This document shows, in pieces, positions 7,625 through 16,670 of a stretch of DNA of 64,000 nucleotides. Every line of letters starts with the position of its first letter. Position 1 is the first letter of the stretch. The stretch is from a virus. Its lineage: Duplodnaviria > Caudoviricetes. Under the pieces are notes generated by a model. It ran no database searches. It had not been told where the DNA came from and saw nothing but the letters and a program-made list of their open reading frames with translations. The DNA lies in IMG/VR virus record IMGVR_UViG_3300005611_000001; one strand, given 5' to 3'. Both the position numbers and the translations under genes were made by a program.

Positions 7625-9031
7625 ATGATTTTCAATACCGAAAAGAAGTACACCTACTCGTCCCTCCCTGGCGCTGAGCGTTCCGTCACTATCCGTGACT
7701 TTCTGTTCAACTATCTGCCTACCATTAATTGCATTCCCGAAGGTCAGCGCCTTGAGACTGAACCCAATATGATTGGTATCAGCCAGCCTTCGAAGGCGCA
7801 GGGCATCATCCAGTCTCTGTTTATGGGCATGGATCTTGGTACTATCGTTCTTTGTCAGTCTCAGGACGGTAAATGGTCTTTTGATTCCGTAGACGGCGGT
7901 CACCGCAAGCGAGCCATCAAGGCGTTCATCAACAACGAATTTCCCATGTTCAGCGACGGTCGCTACTTCCGAGACCTGACTGAGGAAGAGCGAGCCCGTT
8001 TCCTTTCGTCCGAGCTAACCGTGATCGTCTATGAAGGACTGACTCCCGAAGATATCGCCTTTATCTTCCAGTCCTTGAACAAGACTACTGACGTTAATCA
8101 CATGGAGATGCTCAACTCATACAACGTGATTCCCGTTGCAAAGATCATTCGCGAAACAGCGCGAGTAGTCTACGGCGTGAATAACGACTGCCATCCTCTC
8201 TTTGGAAATTACGAAAAGAATGGCACAGTCAAGTATGATTATCTCAACTTCGATAACGCTCGGTTGAAGATTGACAAGAAAGTGGCTCGTATCTTCTATC
8301 GCTACTATAATGGCGGCGGCCTTGGTCCGTGCGCTGAAGAAAATCTTGAAGAAATGTACAATGCATATCCTGACCTTCAGACTATGCTCAATCTGAAAAA
8401 GAAAGTAAACAAGTGTCTGTCTTTCATTCGCGATATGGCTGAGGTAGTCAACAAGACCTTGAGGCGTGGGCTGACAGAGAAAGAGTTTCGTATCTTCGAA
8501 CGGCTCTACATGTTCATGGAAACTGAGTTTGGCGATTTTAAGATCAATGATAAGACTGAGTTCGGTAAAGCAGTCATTTCCGCTTACCTGCCGTTCTTCA
8601 AGATGCCGTACGATTCACAGATTCCAGCGCTTCTTAAGAAGAGCCCGTTCGACAGCACGAAGACCATCGGCAAGCAGTTTAATGATGCTCTGAACGTATA
8701 CGACACTCTAGAACACGTTGAGTTTCCGATTGTCGAATTGATCAAGCGTCCAGAACTGAAGATTGAGCAACTGATCACGATCAAAGACAAGAATCGCTTG
8801 TTCAGCCGTACTGATCGTGAAGCCAAGCTTGCTGAGCAGGGATTTGTCTGCGCCATCGATGGCAAGCCGCTGTCTTTCGAAGAAGCTGAAGCTGCACACA
8901 TCATCGCACACAGCGTTGGCGGCCGTACCGTCTACAAGAACCTTGCGATGGTGCGAGCCAAGTACAATAAGATGATGGGCTCTATGTCAGTAGACGATTT
9001 TAAGAAAGTGTATATGCCTGTAGCTGCTTAG
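7625..9031 (+). CDS. DUF262 (ParB/Srx-like) plus C-terminal HNH nuclease, GmrSD-like
   Basis: DGGHR, FQSLN, C-terminal CAIDG...AAHIIAHSVGGRT..NL. Confidence 0.8.
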   Translation: MIFNTEKKYTYSSLPGAERSVTIRDFLFNYLPTINCIPEGQRLETEPNMIGISQPSKAQGIIQSLFMGMDLGTIVLCQSQDGKWSFDSVDGGHRKRAIKAFINNEFPMFSDGRYFRDLTEEERARFLSSELTVIVYEGLTPEDIAFIFQSLNKTTDVNHMEMLNSYNVIPVAKIIRETARVVYGVNNDCHPLFGNYEKNGTVKYDYLNFDNARLKIDKKVARIFYRYYNGGGLGPCAEENLEEMYNAYPDLQTMLNLKKKVNKCLSFIRDMAEVVNKTLRRGLTEKEFRIFERLYMFMETEFGDFKINDKTEFGKAVISAYLPFFKMPYDSQIPALLKKSPFDSTKTIGKQFNDALNVYDTLEHVEFPIVELIKRPELKIEQLITIKDKNRLFSRTDREAKLAEQGFVCAIDGKPLSFEEAEAAHIIAHSVGGRTVYKNLAMVRAKYNKMMGSMSVDDFKKVYMPVAA

Positions 9032-9139
9032 AACAAAATGTTCTGAAAAAGTTCTTGTATTTTGTTTCGAAATCGTTTATTCTGGTACTTGTCAGGTGGG
9101 GAGAAGCGCTCCCCACCACTTCAAACTCGGAGATATATC

Positions 9140-10087
9140 ATGGCACATATGGTTGAAACGATGGCTTACGCAGGTGAGCTTCCCTGGCACGGTCTCGGTA
9201 CGAAAGTGCCCGCTGACCTCACCCCTCGTCAGATGATGGACAAAGCTGGTGTTGACTGGCGCGTCAATCTGGTACCCACTTACGCTGATGTGAACGGGTC
9301 GAAAGTTTCGACTGGTCAGAAGGCTCTCGTGCGCGAGACTGACAATCGTGTACTGACCAACGTCGGTGGCAACTGGAACCCCGTGCAGAACGAAGAAGCG
9401 TTTGACTTCTTCACTGAGTACTGCCTTGCAGGTGATATGGAAATGCACACTGCTGGCTCTCTTGCTGACGGCAAGATCGTCTGGGCTCTCGCTAAAGTGA
9501 ACGAGTCGTTTGATGTGCTTGGCGAAGACCGTGTAGACTCTTACCTGCTCTTCTCTAACCCGCACCAGTACGGCAAGTCGCTGAACGTGCGCTTCACGCC
9601 CATCCGTGTGGTGTGCAACAACACGCTGACTCTCTCGCTGAGCCAGAGCGCTAAGAACGAGGTGACGCTGAATCACCGTCGGGCGTTCGATCCTCAGATG
9701 GTCAAAGATCAGCTTGGCATCGCCCACGAGAAGTTCGCTATGTACCGCGAAATGGCTCGGTTCCTGTCTAAGAAGCGCGCCAAGAATGGTGATGTGATTG
9801 CGTACTTCAACAATGTCTTCCCGCTGGCGAACAGCAAGACCGAGGTGCGTGACTACGCTGACCTCTCTCGCACCGCTAAGCAAGCGTATGATGTGCTTGA
9901 GACGCAGCCTGGCGCTGACATGGCGATGGGCACGTGGTGGAACGCAGTGAACGCTGTGACCTACCTGACCGATCACCAGCTGGGTCGCTCTGCTGACACT
10001 CGGATGCAGTCTGCATGGTTCGGTGCGAACCAAGCGAAGAAAGTCCGTGCAATGAACCTTGCTGTGGAGATGGCCGAAGCCGCGTAA
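9140..10087 (+). CDS. DUF932/DUF945 family protein
   Basis: MAYAGELPWHGLG, TPIRVVCNNTL signatures; GGAG SD before ATG 9140. Confidence 0.88.
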   Translation: MAHMVETMAYAGELPWHGLGTKVPADLTPRQMMDKAGVDWRVNLVPTYADVNGSKVSTGQKALVRETDNRVLTNVGGNWNPVQNEEAFDFFTEYCLAGDMEMHTAGSLADGKIVWALAKVNESFDVLGEDRVDSYLLFSNPHQYGKSLNVRFTPIRVVCNNTLTLSLSQSAKNEVTLNHRRAFDPQMVKDQLGIAHEKFAMYREMARFLSKKRAKNGDVIAYFNNVFPLANSKTEVRDYADLSRTAKQAYDVLETQPGADMAMGTWWNAVNAVTYLTDHQLGRSADTRMQSAWFGANQAKKVRAMNLAVEMAEAA

Positions 10088-10105
10088 GCGGCTTCACCTC
10101 TTATA

Positions 10106-10177
10106 AATCAACCACTTAGCCGAGCCGACAGCCGGTAGTTTTTAGGGGTTGACAGTAGTGCTGGATCGTGGTATTAT
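10106..10177 (+). promoter_or_regulatory. Early promoter cassette (IHF site, AGCCGACAGCCGGTA element, -35/-10)
   Basis: AATCAACCACTTA 10106; CCGAGCCGACAGCCGGTAG 10120; TTGACA 10149, 17 bp, TATTAT 10172. Confidence 0.8.
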
Positions 10178-10208
10178 ACGCTTGTCAACTGAGAAGAGAG
10201 ATAGAAAT

Positions 10209-10577
10209 ATGGCTTATGTTACGCAAGAAGAGAAGAAAGAAATCGCTCCGGTCGTCAAAAGCATCCTCGCTGAGTACGGTCTCAAGGGTACGCTTGGCAT
10301 CAACAACCACAGCACTCTTGTTCTCAAGATCAAGAACGCTGTTGCGATGTTCGCCCCTTACTTCCGCGATGACTTCGACCGTAAGTGGGGTCTTGATGTC
10401 AATGAGTACTGGATTGACCGTGACTACGCTGACAATCCGACCATTGTCGAAATGCTGACCCGTGTGGCTGACGCCATGAAGGGCAAGAACTACTTCAACA
10501 ACGATGATTTCATGACCGACTACTTCCATCGTAAGCACTACATCGACATCAAAGTTCTTGGTGAAGAGGGCAAGTAA
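10209..10577 (+). CDS. Hypothetical early protein
   Basis: MAYVTQEEKK start downstream of the promoter. Confidence 0.8.
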   Translation: MAYVTQEEKKEIAPVVKSILAEYGLKGTLGINNHSTLVLKIKNAVAMFAPYFRDDFDRKWGLDVNEYWIDRDYADNPTIVEMLTRVADAMKGKNYFNNDDFMTDYFHRKHYIDIKVLGEEGK

Positions 10578-10602
10578 AAGATAGACCTCAAAGCAGTACC
10601 TT

Positions 10603-10610
10603 TATAAATA
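10603..10610 (+). promoter_or_regulatory. T4-type late promoter
   Basis: TATAAATA upstream of the exported-protein operon. Confidence 0.75.
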
Positions 10611-10647
10611 CCCATACATTAGTCATTCTTTTGTATGGGTATTTGCT

Positions 10648-11196
10648 ATGCGTAAAATATTATTCTTTGCTTTGTTTGCACTGAGCTATGCTGCTCAAGC
10701 TGCTGAAGTGGGTCCGATCATCACTGAAGCAACCACTAACAGTACCGTCACCACGCAGTCTGATACGACGACCACTCTAAAGTCGCCGCCAGCGTCTGCC
10801 ATTTCGCCTACCATCAACACTTCGAACTCTGATCTATGTACCTTCGGAGTTGCTGGCGCGATTCAGACGCAGATTCTCGGCATCTCAACGGGTACTCAGG
10901 TGACGGACGAGAACTGCGAGCGCCTGAAGCTAGCCAAGACGCTCTATGACATGGGTATGAAGGTGGCTGCAGTGTCCACCATGTGTCAAGACAAGCGCGT
11001 CTTTGACGCAATGATGAGCGCTGGTACGCCGTGCCCATACGATGGAATGATCGGCGAAGACGCTAAGGCTGCATGGGCTGTGAACGAAGACCAGCAACCA
11101 AATGCTAAGAAGCAACAGGAGGGGATCAGCGATGGGTCTAAGACGCTGCTGGGCGGCGCTGGCGTTGCTAGCCTGCTCTTCTTACTGCTACTCTGA
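10648..11196 (+). CDS. Exported Cys-containing protein with C-terminal membrane anchor
   Basis: Signal peptide, SPPASAISP, four Cys, hydrophobic C-terminus. Confidence 0.8.
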   Translation: MRKILFFALFALSYAAQAAEVGPIITEATTNSTVTTQSDTTTTLKSPPASAISPTINTSNSDLCTFGVAGAIQTQILGISTGTQVTDENCERLKLAKTLYDMGMKVAAVSTMCQDKRVFDAMMSAGTPCPYDGMIGEDAKAAWAVNEDQQPNAKKQQEGISDGSKTLLGGAGVASLLFLLLL

Positions 11197-12004
11197 AGAA
11201 GTCTTTGGTACGACTCAGAACGCAGCCTCGACCGGGCTAAACTGGGTCATGACTGAGGTTCTACCGCAGCAAGCTGGCTTGACAGTCAATAGTGTCATCT
11301 ATCGTTACACCAGTGTCAAGCAGACTGAAGATGATATGCTGGTCCATGTGCAGAATCAGAACGCAGAAGCACCTGGATTCATCTTCCGAGAGACTGACGA
11401 CTGGTCTGGTCTGCCTGGTAACACGATCAACAAAGCAATCCCGGTTGCAAACATACCCATACAGTTATGGGGCGACGGGTCGATTGAAGTAGAAGGGAAG
11501 GGTGAAGTGACGAATGCTTCGGTGCTGTATAGCTTTCAGTTCGACCCATGCTTCGATCCTCAGAGCAATCCGTCATGCCCTGGCTATGTCGATCCGTTTG
11601 AAATGCTAATGAGTGAGATCAGTGTGAAAGATCCTCTCGACGATGATCTTCTGCAAGCAGAGTTAAGACGCAAATCGAATCTTGATGCACAAGAAGAAGA
11701 TGAGGAAGAGCGCCAGCGCCGTAGAATGAAATCAGATGATAAGGGAGACGACGACCGTCTTGAGGCTATCATGGGCATCGTCAACACTTCGCTACTCGCA
11801 ACAGAAGCAGCAGCGAAGCATGCTGAGCTTGCAGCACTAAATAGCATACCACAAACCTATTTTGCGGTGATCCCAGATACTAAATACGAAGAGACAGTTG
11901 TATTAAAAGACGGGAGGTTGCCGGAAAATAAAAGAGCAAGACGGGTCGGATTTGCACAACAATTGCTTCATGAAAAAATGGTGTCTTCTCAGTATGAAAA
12001 ATAG
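11132..12004 (+). CDS. Exported protein with beta-rich N-domain and charged C-terminal coil
   Basis: GGAGGGG SD, signal peptide, DPCFDPQSNPSCPGY. Confidence 0.75.
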   Translation: MGLRRCWAALALLACSSYCYSEEVFGTTQNAASTGLNWVMTEVLPQQAGLTVNSVIYRYTSVKQTEDDMLVHVQNQNAEAPGFIFRETDDWSGLPGNTINKAIPVANIPIQLWGDGSIEVEGKGEVTNASVLYSFQFDPCFDPQSNPSCPGYVDPFEMLMSEISVKDPLDDDLLQAELRRKSNLDAQEEDEEERQRRRMKSDDKGDDDRLEAIMGIVNTSLLATEAAAKHAELAALNSIPQTYFAVIPDTKYEETVVLKDGRLPENKRARRVGFAQQLLHEKMVSSQYEK

Positions 12005-12040
12005 TCAAAAAATCGACACCACGATTAAGGAGAACAAGTA

Positions 12041-12541
12041 ATGTTCAAGAAATCCCTGGCTGTAGCAGCAGCCACACTTATCGGGATGAATGCTATAGCT
12101 GAAGATGTGACGATCACAGGGACAGTGGCTTCGAAGTGTGTAATCACAACAGACACTGTTGGTATTTACGGAAACCCTACTCCTAGTGAGCTTAGCACTG
12201 CACCTGCAGACGGTGGCGTTCTGCCCATCGTTCGCTATGATGTGCTTCAGGCCAACTTCTACAAAGCCCGCATCACTTATCCAGAGTCTTTCTCTGAGAG
12301 CCCTGCGCTTGATGATGTTGTGACATGGACTGGTGATGTGACGGTTGCAGAAGTCACTGATGCTGGCATGTCCGCATATGACGCAGCAAAGGTTGAGTTT
12401 AACAATGTGACCGAAGTTGATCTAACGATTGCGGGCAGCACATGGTTCCAAGTTGAATCGACTGCAGACTATGGTGTGACAAAAGCATTTCCTGCAGGTA
12501 CTTATCGCGCGATTGTAAGCGCAGACTGCATCGCACTGTAA
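12041..12541 (+). CDS. Fimbrial/pilin-like subunit
   Basis: Signal peptide, mature N-terminus EDVTITGTVASKC, C-terminus PAGTYRAIVSADC. Confidence 0.65.
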   Translation: MFKKSLAVAAATLIGMNAIAEDVTITGTVASKCVITTDTVGIYGNPTPSELSTAPADGGVLPIVRYDVLQANFYKARITYPESFSESPALDDVVTWTGDVTVAEVTDAGMSAYDAAKVEFNNVTEVDLTIAGSTWFQVESTADYGVTKAFPAGTYRAIVSADCIAL

Positions 12542-12544
12542 TCC

Positions 12545-12919
12545 GTGCGCTATATTATGATGGCGGTGGTGATGTCGCTGAGTGGGTACGCGAGTGCCCA
12601 CCAGTGGCTTCCTACTTACCCTAAGCTTGAGCCGTCTTATGTTTCGGGTGTGCTTAGAGTAAAGATGGAGCTATTTAATAGTCGAAGTGATGTACGATAC
12701 TACGAGTTAAATGTTTACGATAAAGACTTTAGGTCGATAAAATTTGCAACACAAGAACGAATCATTGAAGTTGATCATTTGAAGCGAAAGAATGTTGAAA
12801 TATACATTCGTGAACAGGACAAAGGCATTGCGACATATGTCTGTTCTAAATCTAAATTACTGAAGGGTACAGGCGGAGCGACACTCGTCTCTTCGCAGAT
12901 ATGCTCAAAAATAAAATGA
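12545..12919 (+). CDS. Periplasmic pilus chaperone-like Ig-fold protein
   Basis: Signal peptide, beta-strand pattern, position after the pilin-like gene; GTG start. Confidence 0.5.
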   Translation: MRYIMMAVVMSLSGYASAHQWLPTYPKLEPSYVSGVLRVKMELFNSRSDVRYYELNVYDKDFRSIKFATQERIIEVDHLKRKNVEIYIREQDKGIATYVCSKSKLLKGTGGATLVSSQICSKIK

Positions 12920-13338
12920 GATTATTATTAGTTTTGTTATTGGTGATTTGTGGAAATGCATTTGCTCAGAGCAGTTTGAATCTTGCAATTCCACAAAGCC
13001 CACAAAGTTTCCAGCAAGACAGAGTTCGCGCTGGTGATCTTGAATGTTCAGCAGCAATTGGTTCGTCAACAAATGTTGAGTTTGGGGTTGTTGGAATATT
13101 AAATCAAAACAACCCATTTCAAAATCAGTTTGGTATTGATCCCATAACTGGGCAATACTCTGATAGATTTGTAAGGGATGTTGGTGTATATGGTCGAATT
13201 AACATACCGATCGGTGCACCTAAAGAGCGATTAAATTGTAATTTACTTTATACTTTAGAATTAGAAAGGCGCAAACTTGAAGTGATGAAATTAAGGCAGG
13301 AGATCGCACAATTAAGACGACTTCAGTTTGAGGAATAG
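12916..13338 (+). CDS. Exported protein with C-terminal coiled coil
   Basis: Signal peptide, DRVRAGDLECSAAIGS, LELERRKLEVMKL. Confidence 0.75.
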   Translation: MRLLLVLLLVICGNAFAQSSLNLAIPQSPQSFQQDRVRAGDLECSAAIGSSTNVEFGVVGILNQNNPFQNQFGIDPITGQYSDRFVRDVGVYGRINIPIGAPKERLNCNLLYTLELERRKLEVMKLRQEIAQLRRLQFEE

Positions 13339-13340
13339 AA

Positions 13341-13886
13341 ATGTCTGACAAAGATTTAGGCGAGAGTCTAGAAAACTTTGAAGATGAAATAGAGAATTTA
13401 AAAAACACTAAGTTTACATTATTTGGTATTGCAATGACACCTACAACAATAGGTGCTGCATTTGCATTAATTGGTACAATACTTGGTACTCTCTATGGTG
13501 GGTTTGAAACATATAAAGCTTTTCAAGAAATGGCTGAGAAGTTAGAAGTATTAGATATTGAGGCTGTTGAAGCCCGTAATGTTGCTATTGAAAGAAAACT
13601 TGATGATGCTATTGATTATACTCGTGATATAAAGAATAGCCTTAAAGATGATATAATTAGAATTGAACAAGTAACAGAACGAACAAGTAATAGAGTTAAA
13701 ACAGTACAAGATGAAATAGACCAGCGATTAAGATTATTATCTGATATTAATCGTGAAACAGAAAAAGATGTCCGAGATACTATGCGAGACACCGAGAATC
13801 GCATAGAGTCGAAGATGGAGAAGCTGGACAAAGACCTCCGTGAGACACTGCAAAAGGCTCTTGACAATCCTCTTGCTGACGGCTAG
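13341..13886 (+). CDS. Membrane-anchored coiled-coil protein
   Basis: TM segment near residues 30-55, long heptad region. Confidence 0.75.
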   Translation: MSDKDLGESLENFEDEIENLKNTKFTLFGIAMTPTTIGAAFALIGTILGTLYGGFETYKAFQEMAEKLEVLDIEAVEARNVAIERKLDDAIDYTRDIKNSLKDDIIRIEQVTERTSNRVKTVQDEIDQRLRLLSDINRETEKDVRDTMRDTENRIESKMEKLDKDLRETLQKALDNPLADG

Positions 13887-14055
13887 CGCTGGATGCGCTA
13901 CGACTGACACGCTGGAGCAAGCTAGGAACGCGCAGGTGCGACACCTGCGCGAAGCCTGTATGAACCGTGCAGTCCAATCTACCCTTCCCTCACCGCTCGT
14001 CAGAGCGTCCACAGTGCACCAGTGCCACGCATGGGCACGGTCTCAGGTGCAATAA
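13840..14055 (+). CDS. Putative lipoprotein overlapping the previous gene
   Basis: MRHCKRLLTILLLTASAG-C lipobox-like; GTG start. Confidence 0.45.
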   Translation: MRHCKRLLTILLLTASAGCATTDTLEQARNAQVRHLREACMNRAVQSTLPSPLVRASTVHQCHAWARSQVQ

Positions 14056-14066
14056 GAACCCCGTTT

Positions 14067-14122
14067 TTAGAACAAAATATTCTAACAAAACCGTTGACAG
14101 CACCTCGGATCCGTGAGACAAT
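14067..14122 (+). promoter_or_regulatory. Early promoter with TTAGAA-N7-TTCTAA inverted repeat
   Basis: Inverted repeat 14067-14085; TTGACA 14094, 17 bp, GACAAT 14117. Confidence 0.75.
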
Positions 14123-14152
14123 ACTCGCGTTGATTGAGAGAGGTGACCACAC

Positions 14153-14365
14153 ATGGCTAAATTTCGACAGTTCTCTAACGATCCCTTTCAGCGAAAGATG
14201 AATCCTACCACTGGCTCTTGTTCTGCCAGCGCGCAAGTGTCTAAGATTCTCACTCCTTGGCGTAACAAAGACATAGAAGCTGCTGAGAAAGGCGACTGGT
14301 CACTTCTGCTGGCAAAGGCTGAAGCACAGACTCGACGCTTTCGTAACGATTTTTACGCATATTAA
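14153..14365 (+). CDS. Hypothetical early protein
   Basis: GAGG SD, 70 aa. Confidence 0.75.
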   Translation: MAKFRQFSNDPFQRKMNPTTGSCSASAQVSKILTPWRNKDIEAAEKGDWSLLLAKAEAQTRRFRNDFYAY

Positions 14366-14389
14366 TCAATGACTTAAGAGGCTATTCTA

Positions 14390-14530
14390 ATGCGAAATCT
14401 TGATGATCTTTACAATGAGTTGGTCTGCCTCTGCGAAGTGCGAGGCGAGCTTTCGCCCGAAGATAATGCTCGTATCGAAGAGCGCATCGCAGAAATCCAG
14501 AAGCAAATCAATGAGTTGGAGAATAGCTAG
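14390..14530 (+). CDS. Small hypothetical protein (46 aa)
   Basis: MRNLDDLYNELVCLCE..., GAGG SD. Confidence 0.65.
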   Translation: MRNLDDLYNELVCLCEVRGELSPEDNARIEERIAEIQKQINELENS

Positions 14531-14532
14531 TC

Positions 14533-14586
14533 AGCCGACAGCCGGTAGTTTTTTCGCTTGACAGATAGCCAGATCCGTGAGACAAT
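14533..14586 (+). promoter_or_regulatory. Early promoter cassette
   Basis: AGCCGACAGCCGGTAG 14533; TTGACA 14558, 17 bp, GACAAT 14581. Confidence 0.8.
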
Positions 14587-14617
14587 ATGCTTGTTGATTG
14601 AAAAGAGAGATAGAAAA

Positions 14618-14785
14618 ATGGCTGAAGAAATTGCTAACTACATTGCCGCTTGCGACCTCAATATCGCCAAGTACGAGTTGATTGAAGACAAAGAGGAGCG
14701 TGAGCGCGCTCTGGAGGCGGCTTACGGCATGAAGGCTGACTTCGAAGTGTTGCTCAATAACCTCAAACTTTCTGGCTTAGCGTAA
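14618..14785 (+). CDS. Hypothetical early protein
   Basis: MAEEIANY start after the promoter. Confidence 0.7.
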   Translation: MAEEIANYIAACDLNIAKYELIEDKEERERALEAAYGMKADFEVLLNNLKLSGLA

Positions 14786-14789
14786 GATT

Positions 14790-15038
14790 ATGAATAAGTT
14801 GAAAATCGGTGACAAGGTTCGGTGGCTCAGTTCTGGTGGCATGTCGACCGGGGTGATCAAGAATATTGACCTCAGCTTGAACGGACATCAAGAGCTAATT
14901 CCCTGGCTCTCAATTGACTGTGATGCTTGGCGCTGGGTCCTCGAAGGTGAAGGCACCAAACTCGTTTCTTGTAATCGTGATGTCCGTCTCTGTGGTACTC
15001 ACGATTACCTGAAGAGAATGAAACTGGAGATTATATGA
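14790..15038 (+). CDS. Hypothetical protein (SH3/KOW-like start)
   Basis: LKIGDKVRW. Confidence 0.65.
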   Translation: MNKLKIGDKVRWLSSGGMSTGVIKNIDLSLNGHQELIPWLSIDCDAWRWVLEGEGTKLVSCNRDVRLCGTHDYLKRMKLEII

Positions 15039-15343
15039 TCATTGCAGGTACTACGATTACTCGTCGGTTCTTCTCGGACCCCGGCCACGGCTGGCTCCGT
15101 GTCCCTCACTCTGACCTTGACGCGCTCGGTATTCGCGACAAGATTACCATGTTCTCCTATTACAATGACCGCTTCGCTTACCTTGAAGAGGATTGCGACT
15201 TGTCCACTTACATGATCGCTCTTCGCGAGGCTGGTGTTAAGATCAACATCGCTGACAGCACTTCGAACAGCCCGTCTCACATCCGTCGGATGAAGCGTTT
15301 CGAAGGCATCACTGACTTCGACAACCTCTGGGAGGTGGCTTAA
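15035..15343 (+). CDS. Hypothetical protein
   Basis: DPGHGWL...YLEEDCD; coupled ORF. Confidence 0.75.
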   Translation: MIIAGTTITRRFFSDPGHGWLRVPHSDLDALGIRDKITMFSYYNDRFAYLEEDCDLSTYMIALREAGVKINIADSTSNSPSHIRRMKRFEGITDFDNLWEVA

Positions 15344-15345
15344 TC

Positions 15346-15708
15346 ATGTATAAAGATCATAGCGAAATCCCTGCTAAGTATCGCCGCTTGATTCTTGATG
15401 AGTTTATGGTCAAGCGAGTTTCGAAAGTTCCTCTGTCTGCTTGTAATGAGTTCATTCAAGAATGTCTTCGCGAAGAGACCGAGATGGAGAACCTCAAGAA
15501 CTACGAGGTGATTGTCTTCCGAAACGGTGCTAAACGAGAGTATAAATTCAAAGATTCTGAGTCGGCTTTTGTTGCATTGGACCGTGAAATAGGATATGAT
15601 GTACATGACTCGGCTTTGGTAGCCGTTCTCAAGCAAGCCGATCGAATCGTGCGGGCTTATGTTAAAGGGAAATGGATTGATGGACGAGAAAGCATTTACA
15701 CTATTTGA
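15346..15708 (+). CDS. Hypothetical protein
   Basis: GGAGG SD, 120 aa. Confidence 0.7.
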   Translation: MYKDHSEIPAKYRRLILDEFMVKRVSKVPLSACNEFIQECLREETEMENLKNYEVIVFRNGAKREYKFKDSESAFVALDREIGYDVHDSALVAVLKQADRIVRAYVKGKWIDGRESIYTI

Positions 15709-16213
15709 TGTGTACGAGTTCGCCCGAACTGCTCACGAAGGGCAGATTCGTAAGTACACCGGTGAGCCTTACATTAGCCACCCATTTGCGGTGGCTGAGT
15801 CTGTGGCAGATCATGTAGACGACAAGGTGGCGATTGCTGCTGCGGTTCTTCATGACACTGTTGAAGACACTGATGTTACTCTAGAGGAGATTGCTGAGAA
15901 GTTTGGTGACCGTGTTGCTGAGTATGTTTGGTATCTGACCAAGCCGCCTGCGTTCGTCGGTAATCGTGCTAGGCGTAAGTTACATGACCGCAACCGTCTC
16001 AAGGAAGCACCTGAGATTGTGCGCTTCATCAAGGTGATGGATGTGTGGCACAACTATCACGGTATTCGCGAGCATGATGCGAAATTCTATGAGACTTGGC
16101 GAGAAGAGGTTCGCGATCTATTATACATAATGGATTCGCTGATCATTGTAAAGCAGTTTGCTGGCGACGATTTCGCCTATAACGAGTTTCTACCCTGGTT
16201 TGGAGACCTTTAA
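15680..16213 (+). CDS. HD-domain hydrolase, RelA/SpoT (Mesh1)-like (p)ppGpp hydrolase family
   Basis: AHEGQIRK..GEPYISHP, AAVLHDTVEDT, IKVMD. Confidence 0.85.
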   Translation: MDEKAFTLFDVYEFARTAHEGQIRKYTGEPYISHPFAVAESVADHVDDKVAIAAAVLHDTVEDTDVTLEEIAEKFGDRVAEYVWYLTKPPAFVGNRARRKLHDRNRLKEAPEIVRFIKVMDVWHNYHGIREHDAKFYETWREEVRDLLYIMDSLIIVKQFAGDDFAYNEFLPWFGDL

Positions 16214-16485
16214 TGATTACTGTAGTTCGTATGGAAAGCGCGCCTGATGATGTTGTGATCGATCAGATTGGTTGGTATGCAGACAAATACAAAATGAAAC
16301 ACATTTACAATTTTGTCAAGTTTCATGCCACTTACATTGCCAAACAAGCGCCTAATTCGCTAGTTGAAATGAAAGAGTTTGAAGGGTTCCCTCATGCGTC
16401 TGTGTGGGTAGAGGATCGTGTTACTCACGAGATTTTTGCCACTGATGCTGAAGTGATGTATACAGCAAAAGAGTTGGCTGCGTGA
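16213..16485 (+). CDS. Hypothetical protein
   Basis: Coupled ORF. Confidence 0.7.
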   Translation: MITVVRMESAPDDVVIDQIGWYADKYKMKHIYNFVKFHATYIAKQAPNSLVEMKEFEGFPHASVWVEDRVTHEIFATDAEVMYTAKELAA

Positions 16486-16670
16486 GCGCTAAATATGCTG
16501 TGAAAACACCCTTTGAAGATGATTTGTTATTTGTCACTGAGGGCGATTCTAAATTTCAACTACGAATCAAAACATTTAATACGGCTGAAGATGCACGAGA
16601 TTTTGCCAAAGACTTTGGTGAAGGCTGTGTTGTTGTCGAATTAGATGACGACTACGAGTTACTACTATGA
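16482..16670 (+). CDS. Hypothetical protein
   Basis: Coupled ORF, GTG start. Confidence 0.65.
   Translation: MSAKYAVKTPFEDDLLFVTEGDSKFQLRIKTFNTAEDARDFAKDFGEGCVVVELDDDYELLL

Noticed and set aside
9092-10033. 313 aa minus-strand ORF
   Set aside because: Antisense shadow of the DUF932 gene in a GC-balanced region; no SD and no motifs
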